A DNA stretch of 64,000 bases from Vicugna vicugna (taxonomy: Eukaryota), in NCBI GenBank assembly GCA_013265495.1, contig MU058650.1:523394-587393 (forward strand), read 5' to 3'. Made by a program: the position numbers and the translations under genes. The notes beneath the pieces were generated by a model. The model searched no databases. It saw nothing but the letters and a program-made list of their open reading frames with translations, and had not been told where the DNA came from. Shown in pieces: positions 61,401-64,000 of the stretch; the first letter of the stretch is position 1; each line of letters begins with the position of its first letter.

Positions 61401-64000
61401 TTTCAGTAAATTCCCCAAAGTGCAGTCTCCTATTGGAAAAGGAAAGTGTAAGAGTGTACTTGGCTTGTTCGTGAAGTCAGAGAGGACACCTTAGGACTCA
61501 CTTCAGATTGATCAAGCACTGAGAAGGACTCTTTAAGAAAGCAGATTCCTCACCTTCTTGAGATAGTTACCATTCCCCCTTTAAACATAAAAAAACAGTT
61601 CTGTATGTCTTACCTTAATATGCAGCATTGCTATTTATAAACCCCTTTTACTTGCATCACCTCATTTACTGTGATGTTCATTCTTTCCAGAGAAGTAAAG
61701 AAAAATCACCTCCATCAAGTTCTAAAAAGTCCTTACTCCCCAAATTCTTCGCACTTCAGAACTTCAAACTCTTTCCTGATTTCTTTTCATCCAAGTCTTC
61801 AGCAAGAAAATCGGCCAACATCTGCATAAGTATTCCATGGAGAAGAGCTCCTGCTTGGTATCAGAAGACTGAGAAATCCCTCCCTGTAGTCCTCCTTTAC
61901 ATCAATCTGGCAGCTCACAGGAACTGTACATGTAATATTAAAGCAAGTTCTTCAAAGACTATAATAGCTGGTGAATTCTTAACTAGGGTAAGATTTTCTG
62001 TATCCCTACCTTAGAAAATTACACACGCACATACACCTCACCTGCAGTTTAACCCTGTGTACGTGTTCCCCAAATGAGATGTCTACCCCTCGCACCTTCT
62101 CATACTCTTTTTTTTAACAGAGGGCAAACAGTGCTTTCTCGATGAACGATTGTGCACAAAGAAAGAGCAGAGATATCATGCTTTATACTCCTGCATAATT
62201 TTGTAAGTAAAACTATTAAGGAAAATATCACAATGAGAAGAGCCATCTGCTGTATTCACATAGAAGGGGATGCACAGCAGACAGCACAACCCGTCGTGCT
62301 GTGGTGACATTTCATCACAACACCAACAGAAAGGGAGGGGGCACTTGCTGCTCAAAACAGGAAGCAGGGCGGAGGGGAGGAAGTAAAGTCAAAGCAACAC
62401 TTAGTAGATTTGGACCAAAAGGGACGGCTGCCTTGTTTTGATGCCACCACGTCCAAGAAAGCAAGGAAGAGGGAAAGGGATCATTGTCCTTCGGTGCCTC
62501 AGGCAGACAACACTCTCTTCCCCAAGTGGCTTTAAAAGGCTTTGCAATCTCAGTTATCACTGCAGAAATCGGTCCTCCTCTGAGGAGAGACTCTGTAAGC
62601 CAATGTCTTCTACAATTCCAAGCCTTTCTATCTTTAGGGTTATTAACTCTCCACACACCTTGAGCTGGGGTTCTTTTTCAAGTACTAAGTGCAGACTGTA
62701 TTGGAAGATCATCGTGCCTTTCTCTACGTACTTTGTAGATCACTGTATTGTCATTATATATCTAATAAGAGCAATATTTTCTGCTAAGTGATTCAGCTGT
62801 AGCCTTTAATCATTTTCCTAAATACTTCTTTCTACCTTGTACCCAGCACTTTTGCCTTCCAAATTATTTACAATCCTTTGCCTTCCAAATCTGAGTAAAG
62901 ATGAGTTAACATTTGTTGAGAACCTACTATGCACCAGGGTCTGTTAACTTGTTGATTCATTTAATCTTTACAATGCCACAATAGGATGTGTTTTTCCAGT
63001 TTTACAAATATGAAAGTTTTACGCAGAGATTGTAAGTATTTTCCCCAAGGTCATGGAGCTGATAAATATTAGTTAGAATTCTAGTCCTGGCTTCTAACCC
63101 CATGTATTTCCATTGAAACATGTTTCTTGCCTTCCTCTTGTAATTGTCCTCAAATGTCCTAAAATCACAGAGAAAAACAAATCTGATGAATTAAAATCAT
63201 AATGTGAGTAGTTTATTGTATTACATGTAAATATTACACGTTGGAATTATTTCCTGGAACACAACGTCATGGAAAAGCATTGCTCTGTGCAGAAGCTCTA
63301 CTTTCTAGTGGCTGCTTGGCTAGTAACTAGCCATATGACCAAAAGCAAGTTACTTAAACTCCCTGGGTCACAGACCCCCTCACTTCTAAAAGGGCTGGGT
63401 AACATCTCCATTTTGTCATTTTTCTGTTTGTGGAGTCATTTTCTTTCCAGACGTGTCTTTTGTCTAGAAAAATTTCCCCTCACAGATTATTAAGGTCAGT
63501 CAGTTCCTCTTTCCTTTTCCTATCACATCATCTTTCTGAGAATGCAATTCCTCTGCAAATCCTTTCTTTAACTGCCTACAATCTTCTTCTTATATGAAGC
63601 TGCCATGAATATGGTCCACAGAATTAAATGAATAAAAAAGAAAAATTTCAACTCAATTGTATTTGGTTAGATGTTCACCATCTCTCTGTCTGTTCATAAC
63701 CTAATTCTTTTGTCTGCTTTATTATATTATAGAAAGGAATTGTATCTTCCTTATAATAAGTCTGCAACTTATTAAGCTTGACAGCTAACAACAATAAGTA
63801 TGAATTATTACTGACTATCTTTGTATAACCTTGTTAATGTTAATAGACTTTTACTTAAATATGTCCAATTTGTCATGGGTATGCAATCTGTTATGTACTC
63901 ATTATTTAAAATTAATGAATATATTTTTAAATCCAATTTTAATATAAATACTAGAATTCTTAAAAATATTAGCATTAAGACTGAAATGTTATGCCCATGT

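Noticed and set aside
62850..62892. Direct repeat TTTGCCTTCCAAAT with a short spacer
   Set aside because: Only two copies; not an array, most likely a micro-duplication.
1..64000. CRISPR arrays, operons, rRNA genes or other prokaryotic systems
   Set aside because: The sequence is mammalian intron and promoter DNA; no regularly spaced repeat-spacer array or gene-dense region was seen.

Overview
Mammalian (almost certainly camelid, judged from two tRNA-derived Vic-1-type SINEs and the L1 3'UTR style) genomic DNA. It covers the promoter CpG island and first three coding exons of GUCY1A2 (soluble guanylate cyclase alpha-2) on the minus strand: exon 1 CDS 58295-58008, exon 2 29872-29811, exon 3 20539-20418; exon 4 onward is not in the window. 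The rest is intron or upstream sequence full of L1, L2, MIR, MER5, SINE and solo-LTR remnants, and nearly all ORFs in the supplied track are spurious or L1-derived. I see no prokaryote-style multi-gene system. The most notable observations are: (1) a ~800 bp retrocopy resembling the elastin (ELN) 3'UTR, lying antisense inside intron 3 and splitting an ancient L1; (2) a 29-codon uORF in good Kozak context in the presumed GUCY1A2 leader, starting MSRR like the main ORF; (3) a GC/CpG-shifted ~1 kb intronic patch holding an L1 fragment with 113/116 nt identity to a neighbouring L1, suggesting gene conversion or templated insertion plus GC-biased conversion; (4) three same-family solo LTRs with intact TATA and polyA signals, all antisense to the gene. 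Gene and repeat family names are from recall, not from database searches.
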